37,626 nt of DNA from Octopus bimaculoides (lineage: Eukaryota). Both the position numbers and the translations under genes were made by a program. The notes below the pieces were generated by a model. That model saw only the letters and a list, made by a program, of their open reading frames with translations. It searched no databases and had not been told where the DNA came from. The DNA is taken from NCBI RefSeq assembly GCF_001194135.2, contig NC_068988.1:85213451-85251076 (forward strand), given 5' to 3'. Each line of letters starts with the position of its first letter. Position 1 is the first letter of the stretch. Below are positions 1 to 10,044 of this stretch, one piece after another.

Positions 1-408
1 GGGCAATATGCTGTGCTTGAGAAGACCCATCAAGTCAAGTGAAATCATAGTCGTGACAGATGCCAGTGTCATGTAACTGGTACTCATACTGGTGCCATGT
101 AAAAAGCACCCCTTGAACTTTGGGCCACACAGAAGCAGTGACAAGTGACTAAGACTGATGACAATATACTGTGCTTGAGAAGACCTGCCAAGCCAAGTGA
201 GATCATAGTCATGGCGAATACCGGTGTCTCATAACTGGAACCCACTAAACTCTTGAAGTGGTTGGCATTAGGAAGGGTATCCAGCAGTAGAAACCAAACC
301 AAATTACATTGGAACCCGGTGCAGCTCTCCAGCTTACCAGTTCCCAGTCAAATTGTCCAACCCATGCCAGCATGGAAAACAAATGTTGAATGATGATGAT
401 GATGATGC
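1..408 (+). mobile_element. RTE-clade LINE 3' end (truncated)
   Basis: Starts ...ctgtgcttgagaagacc (ORF2 end), then the conserved 3' UTR (gcacccc...ttggcattaggaaggg...caacccatgccagcatggaaa) and a (GAT)n tail. Similar to 11930-12443. Confidence 0.7.
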
Positions 409-855
409 CACTGCAGAAAGATTACAAAAAAAAACTGACAAGGTATATATATCAAGATATTTGCACTTCACTAGAAATTGTAGACACAGATGTAGTAGGT
501 AACAAAAAAACAGACACCAAATGTATATAAAAATTTCATTAAATTAATTTGGTGTAATAGTCAATAAAACACGTGTAAAGATGTTATAAGTAAATCCTCC
601 ACACTTCATTCTCTTGTATTACTCTATTCATACTCTAGAACCATTCAGCCAACACATATGTAACATGAAATTACTCATATAATAAATAACATCATTAATT
701 ATTATGATATTATATAATAAACTTATTGTATACAGTGCTCAGGTGCATAATAACTCATTAGAAAAAGTAACCAAAACTGCATGAATAGTACATAAAATAT
801 GCACAGGAAGTAAACAGTGAATAAGTCTAAGAATGACCTTGCTCGAATGTTTTTT

Positions 856-1178
856 AATGTGCACTGGCACAAGTGCCAGTAAGGTGACGCTGGTAACGAT
901 CACGCTCAAATGGTGCTCTTTACGTGCCACCAGCACAGAAACCAGACGACTGATCTGGCAATGATCCTGCTTGGATGGTGCCCCTAGCGCTACACTGGCA
1001 TGGGTGCCAGTCATCGAATTTGATTCGATTTTTATTTTACTTGCCTCAACAGGTCTTCTTTGCAAGCAGAGTTTAGTGTCCAATGACGGAAAGGTACGCA
1101 TAAGTGGGCTGGTTACACCCCTGGCATAGGCCACGGGTTATAGTCTCACTTGACTTGCCGGGTCTTCTCATACACAGC
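856..1178 (-). mobile_element. RTE LINE 3' end fragment
   Basis: Reverse complement of the same ORF2-end/3' UTR family (gtcttctca...cacagcatatttcc), with tandem ggcac...tgcc modules. Confidence 0.6.
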
Positions 1179-1189
1179 ATATTTCCAAA

Positions 1190-1236
1190 ATATATATACA
1201 TATATATTTTCCAAATATATATATATATATATTTTC

Positions 1237-1280
<44 letters not shown>

Positions 1281-1281
1281 C

Positions 1282-1347
<66 letters not shown>

Positions 1348-1380
1348 CGGTATATATATGTATATATATATATATATATA
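1190..1380. repeat. interrupted (TA)n microsatellite
   Basis: Long TA runs with ttttccaaa and tttgcgg interruptions. Source of the poly-IY ORFs. Confidence 0.95.
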
Positions 1381-1920
1381 TTGACAGTTTAACTGAGATG
1401 GTAGTATGCATGGTTCCAACAACACAAAGTTTAATGAAACTTAACTCTGTCGAAATTGTAAATCTTCAATTATCAGATTGATATATTCTCTCAAGGAATA
1501 TGTAATTCTAAATATATATCTTATTGTTATATTTCAGGATGGCCATTTAAACACACGCACTATATATTTGTTCTTCACTTCAGATTTACTTTATTATTGT
1601 TCATATTCTATGTCGTTTGACTGGAAATCTTTTGTCACACATCCTGTAACTCTCCACCCAAAATGTCCCCTCTTGTTCTGTTTAGTCCATTCCATTTTTC
1701 TATGGTGTGTATCCTTATCTGTGCATACATTTGTATCAGTGTGTGTGTGTGTGTGTGTGTGTGCATACATGTGTGTATATGTGTCTGGGTTTTGTATGTG
1801 CATTTTGTGTGTGTGTTTATGAGTTTGCTTGCTATATTGTTTGTATCCATGTCCAGTATTTAGGTTTTTGTTCTTTTTTTTTTATCCTTATATCCTTATA
1901 TCAAAAGTGAATAAACTCAC

Positions 1921-1981
1921 AGTGTTGTAATCTCCAAGTTCTCCTTGTAAATCTCTTATTTCTGCAGCCAGAGTTTCAGCC
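1921..1981 (-). CDS. IFT74: IFT74 internal exon (61 nt), (R)AETLAAEIRDLQGELGDYNT
   Basis: Minus strand ttgttgcag|GGCTGAAACT...TACAACACT|gtgagt. The translation matches the IFT74 segment I recall from human, [21 protein letters not shown]. Phase-2 start, phase-0 end. Confidence 0.93.
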
Positions 1982-2553
1982 CTGCAACAAATATGAAAGA
2001 ACATGATGTCTTCATTGATGTTTAGTGGACTGTGGTATAAAGCATGGCAATGAATTATACAATATGGCAATGTGTTATACAACATAGTATTGTAGTGTAT
2101 ATATCATTCTGACTTTCAATCTGTCCTTCTTTTCTCTGCAGTACTACAGGACATTTTCATTTTCCTTTGCATTATCTCATGTCAGTCTGTTTTGTGGTCG
2201 CACGGCTTTTTTTTGTTGCATATGTATATTTTATTTTGTCGTGTTAATTTTCGTCATTGTCCTGTACATTAGTTAGCTATTCCCAGTGGCTTTTCACCAC
2301 TGGCGTCACCAATAGTGAACAATATCAATGTTAAAGGCGTGAATTAGTAATGATCTTTTAGTCATTGACCGATGAGGAATAAGCTACAAATTTTCTGTTT
2401 GTTATGCTTTGGTAATATTTCTGTTTGTTGTGTTTTGTCAAATTTTTGAAATCTATATATATATATATCAGTATATACTAACATTTGTTTTTATGTTCAG
2501 TTATAATAAAATCTGATAGGTTACTCTAAACTTTTACAGAGTACAGATTTGTT

Positions 2554-2822
2554 ATTGCAGCGTGGAAGGTGTTTATAAGCCATTTAAAATAACACACAAA
2601 ATCCGTTAGATTCACTTCAGCATTTAAATTTAATTTGTCAAAATATTTTCGTCGCTTTGAGACCGCGACCTATTCACTGACAGCACAGAATTTTGTCAGT
2701 GAACAGGTCGCGGTCTCAAAGCGACGAAAATATTTTGACAAATTAAATTTAAATGTTGAAGTGAATCTAACGGATTTTGTGTGTTATTTTAAATGGCTTA
2801 TAAACACCTTCCACGCTGCAAT
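2554..2822. mobile_element. foldback/MITE-like element, 129-bp arms and 11-nt loop
   Basis: attgcagcgtggaagg...ccttccacgctgcaat. The arms have two mismatches (2620/2756, 2672/2704). tgtt flanks both sides (possible 4-bp TSD). Confidence 0.8.
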
Positions 2823-3523
2823 TGTTTTCGTTCCAGCACACGATCTCAGATCAGGTCACTTGCTATGCAAGTACATCTCCGTAATAGATTTGTTATTCTT
2901 ATCATTTAACACACACACACACACACACATATATGGGTGCTAATGTTAGGTGGCTGTGAGTGGTATGAATCTGGTAATGAAAATCAAACTGGAGTATGGA
3001 AACAATTAATGAAAAAAACACGTAAACATGGAAATCTTCACATCAGCCTTGGAATTTAAAGCCTTTGAACTTCCAACATGCAACAACTACACTGATTCTC
3101 ATATCCATTGCTGATGAAAGGAGTTCCATGTTTATTTGTTCCTTTCTGTTTATCATATCCATGTGCCATTTCAGTTTTCTTTTCCATTCTTTCTTTTATG
3201 TGTGTGTGTGTGTGTAAAAATATGTATACATACATACATATGTGTGCGTGTGTGTATGTATATATATATGTATATATATATGTATATGTAGGAATAAAGT
3301 ATGCAATTATAACATGCGTTTTCTCCATTCCTTAAATTTTTAAATATACTCAAATACCCAAAATTTCAAGGAGTTTCTACCTCAAAAACAGGTACTACAC
3401 CACAGTTATTTTGTGTTCTTTGCTACCTTGGTTTCTATTAACCCATTAATTCTATCCGAAGAATTTTTATTCATTAAGATAGAAGAAATACATATAATTA
3501 TATATATATATATATATATAAAA

Positions 3524-3792
3524 GGATGCATGGCCTAATGGTTAGGGTGTTGCACTCACAATCAGAGGATCATGGTTTCAGTTCCTAGACCAGGTGGTGT
3601 GTTGTGTTCTTGAGTAAAACACTTCATGTCATGCTGCTCTGCAATCACTTCAACACCTGATGAGTGGTACACTGTGCGTCTGTTCAGGCAATGTTGATTC
3701 GATGGAGGGAGTGAGTTAATGTACGGCACATACATTTGATCACCATAAACAAAATCATTTGTGCAGGTAATTTGGCAAAAGCTGAACCTCAC
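3524..3792 (+). mobile_element. tRNA-derived SINE (second family)
   Basis: A-box-like ggcctaatggttagggtg and B-box-like ggtttcagttcc, then ttcttgagtaaaacacttc. A related inverted copy lies at ~37300-37475. Confidence 0.6.
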
Positions 3793-3848
3793 ATGTCATT
3801 TTTGATGAGAGAGTCTGTCATATATATATATATATATGCATACGCGTA

Positions 3849-4410
3849 TCATCATCATTGTTTAGTGTCAGCTTTTCATGCTGGCATGGGTTGGATGGTT
3901 TGACTGAGGACTGGCCAGCCAGTAGGCCACACCAGGCTCCAATCTGACCTGGCAAAGTTTCTACATCTGGATGTCCTTCCTAACACCAACCACTCCAAGA
4001 GTGTAGTGGGTCCTTTTTATGTGCCGCCGGCACAGGGGCCAGTCAGGCAGCACTGGCATTGACCATGACATTGATTTTGATTAACTCAACAGGTCTTCTC
4101 AAGCACAGTGTATCGCCCGATGATTGAAGGGTACTCTTAAACGAGCCAGTTATGCAACTCTGGCATTGCCTACAGCTACAATCTCACTTGGCCTGCTGGG
4201 TCTTCTCAAGCACAGCATATCTCCAAAGGTTTTAGTCACTTGTCATTGCCTCTGTGAGACCCAACATTTGAAGGTCGTGCTTTACCACCTAATCCCAAGT
4301 CTTCCTGGGTCTACCTCTTCCACTGTTAGGGTGTGACAATTCTTCACACAGCTGTCCTCATCCATATGCAACACATGAACATACCAGTGCAGTCGTTTCT
4401 CTTGCACACC
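3849..4410 (-). mobile_element. RTE LINE 3' end
   Basis: The minus strand translates to GRGRPRKTWD*VVKHDLQMLGLTEAMTSD*NLWRYAVLEKTQQAK, followed by the 3' UTR and (GAT)n tail. Confidence 0.75.
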
Positions 4411-4451
4411 ATGTATATATATGCATATATGTATGTGTGTGTGTGTGTGTG

Positions 4452-4494
<43 letters not shown>

Positions 4495-4550
4495 TTGAGG
4501 AGAGAATAAAAAATATTGTATTTTAAACTGTCAGCTAAGAAAGGATTCTG

Positions 4551-4942
4551 NNNNNNNNNNNNNNNNNNNNNNNNNNNNNNNNNNNNNNNNNNNNNNNNNN
4601 NNNNNNNNNNNNNNNNNNNNNNNNNNNNNNNNNNNNNNNNNNNNNNNNNNNNNNNNNNNNNNNNNNNNNNNNNNNNNNNNNNNNNNNNNNNNNNNNNNNN
4701 NNNNNNNNNNNNNNNNNNNNNNNNNNNNNNNNNNNNNNNNNNNNNNNNNNNNNNNNNNNNNNNNNNNNNNNNNNNNNNNNNNNNNNNNNNNNNNNNNNNN
4801 NNNNNNNNNNNNNNNNNNNNNNNNNNNNNNNNNNNNNNNNNNNNNNNNNNNNNNNNNNNNNNNNNNNNNNNNNNNNNNNNNNNNNNNNNNNNNNNNNNNN
4901 NNNNNNNNNNNNNNNNNNNNNNNNNNNNNNNNNNNNNNNNNN
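4551..4942. other. assembly gap (392 N) inside the IFT74 interval where an exon is missing
   Basis: Run of N. Confidence 0.99.
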
Positions 4943-5084
4943 GTCTGACATAGTAATGAAAATATTTTTGTATCTTTTATTTATATAAAGATTGGATCAC
5001 AATTTAATAACAAGGAAACAACGAGAAAGCAAAACAGGGAGGGATTAAGTAGCTGGGGTAGCGAGTAACAGATCGTATACCCCG

Positions 5085-5430
5085 GAACAAACTGCCTGGT
5101 TAGCTGCACCCTGCAGACATGACTGCAACAGTGTTGCTATGGAGAATACCTAGTGACACTTACTGCAGCAACCACCCCACCTCATGTGGCTCATTTCTCA
5201 GATAAGCTGCAGTTACCTCAATTTTGTGGAGGAAATCAGCACTGCTGGGGCTGTGAACACCTGAGGTTTTGATAGTGACTGACACAAACAGATAGTGGCC
5301 AGTCAGACTCCTATATCCATATATTTTTTTCTTCCTCTCCGTAACAGGTGGTGATACCCAGGTTTGAAGCTGGTGCGACTAGGTTGGAGCTGGAGAATGT
5401 ATTGCTGCACATCATGTTCCGGGTTAGGGA
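5085..5430 (-). pseudogene. decayed CRE-like non-LTR retrotransposon, restriction-like endonuclease C-terminus
   Basis: Frameshifted minus-strand translation CSNTFSSSNLVAPASN...EEEK...YLFVSVTIKTSGVHSPSSADFLHKI...EPHEVGWLLQ*VSLGILHSN. This fits the CRE/RLE pattern DT..S....AE..K..KY....FVP.AIETSG...LLQR.S.AI.RGN. Confidence 0.6.
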
Positions 5431-5469
5431 TCTGTCTCCCTAGTCTTCATTATTATTATCATTATCATT

Positions 5470-5695
5470 AAGGTGCAAACTGGCAGAATCATTAGCATGC
5501 CTGGCAAGATGCTTAGTGATATTTCGTCCATCTCTAACTCCTGAGTTCAAATTCCACTGAGATCGACTTTGCCTTTTATTTTTCCAAGGTCTAAAAATTA
5601 AGTACCAGTCAAGTACTGGGGTTGATGTAATTGACTTAACCCCTCCCCACAAATTTCAGGCCTTGTGTCAATAGCAGAAAGGATTATTATTATTA
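5470..5695 (+). mobile_element. tRNA-derived SINE, major family
   Basis: ctggcagaatcattagc...ctgagttcaaattcc (B box)...gactttgcctt...aagtaccag...ggccttgtg, with an (ATT)n tail. Confidence 0.8.
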
Positions 5696-6511
5696 TTGAG
5701 TGAGAGAGCAGTGTATGCCATCAAAGTGATGCTGGGGTGCAAATGTATGAAAGTCCAATATACCTATCATGATTACCTATCTGATAAGGATACACCAGGC
5801 ACATGCATCACAACTGTATGTGCACAACATGGTGATCTCATATCAAGATAAACAATGCATGACCTTGCAGATAGAGCCCAGTTAGAATTTTCTTCAAGTT
5901 GAGCAGCCCATCCCACTCAAAAGGTCCTGAATAAGGTTTCTTTAAGGATATTGAAAGAAACATCCATGTTTCCCGAGGTGAATTAGTCAAGCCTCAAATA
6001 ATTCCTCCCAGCACATGGTTGTGATGCTCCCCGACTACACCCGCTTGTGATCAGAGATGCACATATCATCAGTCACAAAGGGACATACCCAATTGGTTAA
6101 GGTCAAGCAACTGACAAACAAATCTGTGGTATTGAGCAAAATATTTGCTGTAGCCTATCTGTTTATACCAAGACAAAACATGTACATGATAGTACTTCCA
6201 GTCAGTTAATTCAAACACCCAAATATTCTATGCCACAAGCCTTCACAGTTTAGAACTATTCCAAACCAACATTGGTTAAAATAAATTTTCTTATTCTTTT
6301 ACTATTATCAATATCTTTTTTTTATCTTACAGCATGGTAGAGTCATGATAGCTTTTCCACACGTGTGCAGGATGTCCTTTCTGAGCCATATTTCTAATGT
6401 CTGTCTCTCAAATAATTTTGAAAACGATCAATAATTTAGAAAGCCTATCTATCTTCAACCACTAACTTCAATCGCAATCTTGTTCTAATGTAAGGGACCT
6501 GCTTACCTCAA

Positions 6512-6730
6512 TCCTTTAGCATTCAGATTACTGTCAAATGTAATGCTTATTTACTCGTATTGTTTCGATTTAATCATACTTTATCTCGTAGTTTCGAGAT
6601 TTCGATGATGTGATTGTTTATTTTAAGAACGGACAGTGTAGGGTATGTGTGGGAGGCCTGAACTGGCAAGTTTAAACATAAAACATATAGGGCATTTGGG
6701 CTAGATATCGCCAGTTTAAAAGCTAAAGAG
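6512..6730. mobile_element. piggyBac-like MITE (decayed)
   Basis: Termini tcctttagcatt...aaagctaaagag are imperfect inverted repeats, flanked by tcaa and ttaa (TTAA-like TSD). Confidence 0.45.
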
Positions 6731-6925
6731 TTAATCCATTACTGGTTCCAGACAATGGCTAAAGTAATACTTAGTGATATATTTGATTCTGCTTCTCTTT
6801 ATGAGATTGTCCATCTTTTAAGAGAAACTTGTACAACAAAAACAACAACAACAACAACAGCAGCAGCAACAACTATAACAATAACAACAGTTTGTTTTAG
6901 TGTGAAACTAGAATAGTTTTCTCAC

Positions 6926-6974
6926 CTTATTAACCCAAGGTAATAGGTTCGATCTTGCACCTGTCTCTGTGGAC
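6926..6974 (-). CDS. IFT74: IFT74 internal exon (49 nt), GPQRQVQDRTYYLGLIR
   Basis: caacctttag|GTCCACAGAGA...TTAATAAG|gtgaga. Matches recalled human GPQRQILDKSYYLGLLR. In phase with the 7750-7827 exon. Confidence 0.93.
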
Positions 6975-7749
6975 CTAAAGGTTGACAAAACAGAAGAGTA
7001 TGTATTTCATCAGTTCATTCCTACATATGAACATGTTTCCATGGATTAAAAACATTATTAGTGCTTGTTTAGGCATAACTATTCCTGGTTCAAATACATT
7101 TCCTAATCAGATACCTGATGATGATCAGAGATGTAACTGATTGAAATGTAAGATTACCATTATCATTGTCTGAATATCCATTTTTCCCCACTTAATTGTG
7201 TCAGACGAAATTTGATGAGATAAATTTTCTATGGTTGGATGTTCTTCCAGACGTCAATCCTCACTTGTTTCCAAGAAAAGTATTGGATTGTGAGATAATT
7301 CTCATTTTTTTCCCCCCAATTTATTATAATCCTTTTTAAAGTTATTTGAATTATCATAAAAATTACTTTCATCATCGGATTTTATGCTTTTTTTTTAAAG
7401 CTCAGTTCTTTTTCTATCATTTTTGAAATTTGAATAAATTTTACCTCTTTTGCAGACATATGATGATGGAGTGCCAAGTAGAAGAAAAAAATGAATGAAT
7501 TTATCAGACAACTCAGTTATATTTCCCGGAAGATTATAATTATGATGACAATGATAATTGTGATGATGATGATGATGGTGATGATGATGACAACAACAAT
7601 GATGACTGAAAAGTGGGAGAACAAGGAAAAAAAAACAAAAACCCTTAATACAATTGGTGGAGTACTTTTAGAGGGTTTTTAATTTTGTCACCACTCCTTT
7701 GTCAGTGAGTCTAGCTTTAGTGAATAAATTGACAATTTGTAATACTTAC

Positions 7750-7827
7750 CTCTAAAGCCAGTTTTCATGGTCCCTAATCCTTGCTGAGTGGTTGGTCGGT
7801 CAACAACTGTCAGTTGAGCATTCAGAG
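7750..7827 (-). CDS. IFT74: IFT74 internal exon (78 nt), ALNAQLTVVDRPTTQQGLGTMKTGFR(G)
   Basis: attgaatag|CTCTGAATGCT...TTTAGAG|gtaagt. Contains the conserved IFT74 DRPxTQQGLxxMKTG motif. Phase 1 at both ends. Confidence 0.93.
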
Positions 7828-7849
7828 CTATTCAATAGAGAGACAGACC

Positions 7850-7852
<3 letters not shown>

Positions 7853-7924
<72 letters not shown>
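7853..7924. repeat. (GA)n microsatellite just upstream of the acceptor of the 78-nt exon
   Basis: Pure GA run. It reads as a (UC)n pyrimidine tract in the IFT74 pre-mRNA. Confidence 0.95.
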
Positions 7925-7926
<2 letters not shown>

Positions 7927-8164
7927 CACTGTCACTGTTGATTTCTAATAGATATAGATATGAAGCCATAATAGTTAGTGGGTGGAAGGTACAGCTGATT
8001 ATATTGTTCCTTAGAATAATCATTGGCACTTATTCTATGAACCTAGAAGGATGTCAGGACAAAGTTCAACTTGGCAGGACTCAGAATGTAATGGACCATA
8101 ACTTAACAGTATAGTATTTTGTTTGTTGCTTTTAAAATTATGCCATCAAACTGTCTTTAATGAT

Positions 8165-8860
8165 AATAATATTAATAACCCTTTCTATTACAGGCACAAG
8201 GCCTGAAACTTTGGGGGAGGAGGATAATCAATTCCATCGACTTCAGTGCTCCCACAAGAGGATGAAAGACAAAGTCAACCCTGGTGGTATTTGAATGCAG
8301 AAGCTAAAGATGGACAAAATGCCACTAAGCACTTTGACCAGCATGCTAATGATTCTGCCAACTTGCAGCATTAATAACAATAACAACAACAACAATAATA
8401 ATAATAATAATCCTTTCTACTATATGCACAAGGCCTAAAATTTGGGGGGGAGAGGACTAGTCGATTACATTGACCCCAGTGTTTCATTGGTACTTGATTT
8501 ATTGACATCAAAAAGATGAAACCACGAATGGCTCAGGAACCGGACCTAATCCTCGGGACCGTATTCCTCACCGCGAGGAGAGTGGATAACTGTGGCAATT
8601 TGAACTCAGAATGTAAAGATGGATGAAATGCTGATAGGCATTCTGCCAGCTTGCTACCTTGTTGCCTTTAATAATAATAATAATCCTTTCTACTATAGGC
8701 ATAAGGCCTGGAATTTGAGGGGAGGGGAATAGTCAATCACATCAACCTCAGTACTTGACTGGTACTTAATTTATCAACCTCAAAAGGATGAAAGGTAAAG
8801 TCAACCTCGGCAGAATTTAAATGCAGAACCTAAGGATGGATGAAATACAACACTAAACAC
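8165..8860 (-). mobile_element. three head-to-tail major-family SINEs separated by (AAT)n
   Basis: Three repeats of aggcctgaaa...gacccc..aaggatgaaag.caaagtc...tttgaactcagaa. Confidence 0.8.
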
Positions 8861-8889
8861 AGCCTGTTCAGGTGAAGGCTGAGGCAGTC

Positions 8890-9400
8890 CCATCTGTGAG
8901 ACAGTAATATATGCAGAAGGTTATGAATGCATTCACCATCTCTATTAAACAGGTCCTAACTGAGCTGGTTTGCAAGACTTTTACATCCCTTCTACCACAT
9001 TCTTTCATAAATTCCAGCATGCACCTAAGATGTCATTCCAATTTCTCACTTGCATGACTAAGAATTCCACCAAATATCCAAAGAAATCTTGGTACTTTGC
9101 CTCATTTAGGGTATCAATGACCACACATTTGAAGGCACTTCCTTCGCTGCTCTCCATGTTCCAAACCACTGATTTACCATTTGTGTCTAGGAAGATTGTC
9201 CACACCTTGAGATCTGGATGTATTTAAAACAACACCGACGTCCTATTTGATCTGGCCCAACCAAAAGATGCATACATCTCAGAGTCAACAAAAAGCACAA
9301 GTTAAATGCATGCAAGCAATCCTGGTCCAGTTGAGGCCTTTCACATCCAGGTCCAGTGATCTGAGGCTGTTAAACAAGTGACTTTATGTCCAGGTTTGTC
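8890..9400 (-). pseudogene. possible Tc1-like transposase remnant
   Basis: Minus-strand KSVVWNMESSEGSAFKCVVIDTLNEAKYQDFF resembles the Tc1 DDE segment GSVMVWG..S..G.G.L..IDG.LNA.KYQ.IL. Heavily decayed. Confidence 0.35.
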
Positions 9401-9807
9401 ACAGTTCACATACATTTTTAGAAAAAAAATTTCTGGATACAACCATATTGAGCAAAGGAAATACGAAAGCAGTTATTCACACTGATTTCAAAAAAATGAG
9501 TAGTCTGGTCTTCTTCATGGGGTTAGGTACCATCTTCCCATCTTATCGGTGTTAAGTTGTTGAATATCTTTAGATAATAATGATTTCTAATTGGCATAAG
9601 TTCTCAATTTTGGGGATGGCTACATTAAATAACCAATACTTATTTTACTGAACCCGAAAGACAGTGCTTGTTTGAGAGGGATTTGAACTCAGAATGTAAG
9701 GAGATGCAATTAAATACTGAGCTCTATTCAACTACGCCCTTTCCCAAATCAGTGGCACTGTGCCAATATTAAAAATTATTATTATTATCATTATGATTAT
9801 TATATTA

Positions 9808-10030
9808 AGATGGTGAGCTGGCAGAACTGTAAGTACATCATACAAAATGATTAATAGTATTTCCTCTGGCTCTTTAGGTTCTGAGTTTTAAACTTCACTG
9901 ACATTGATTTTTGCCTTTCATTCTTTTGGAGTTGATGAAAAAAGTACCAGCCGAGTAATGGGGTCAATATTATCAACTTGTTTCCTACCCTCAAAAACTG
10001 TTGGCCCTGTACCAAAATTTGAAACCATCT
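9808..10030 (+). mobile_element. major-family SINE
   Basis: ggtgagctggcagaa...tttgcctttcattcttttggagttgat...aagtaccag...aaatttgaaacc. Confidence 0.75.
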
Positions 10031-10044
10031 TCATCATTATTATA

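Noticed and set aside
1073-1910. IY/CV/HT-repeat ORFs (also at 3056-3353, 7832-8114, 16836-17179, 20042-20327)
   Set aside because: Dinucleotide microsatellite artefacts.
2360-2400. CCGATGAGGAATA resembling the 15 kb hammerhead core, upstream of a (TA)n
   Set aside because: No GAAA or stem III follows. At most a deleted relic.
3524-3620. tRNA genes at SINE heads
   Set aside because: Only A/B-box-like motifs are present, with no complete cloverleaf, and they are followed by SINE bodies.
8522-8590. TCCTCGCGG on the minus strand resembling an HDV ribozyme L3
   Set aside because: P3 is incomplete and no P1/P2 partners are present.
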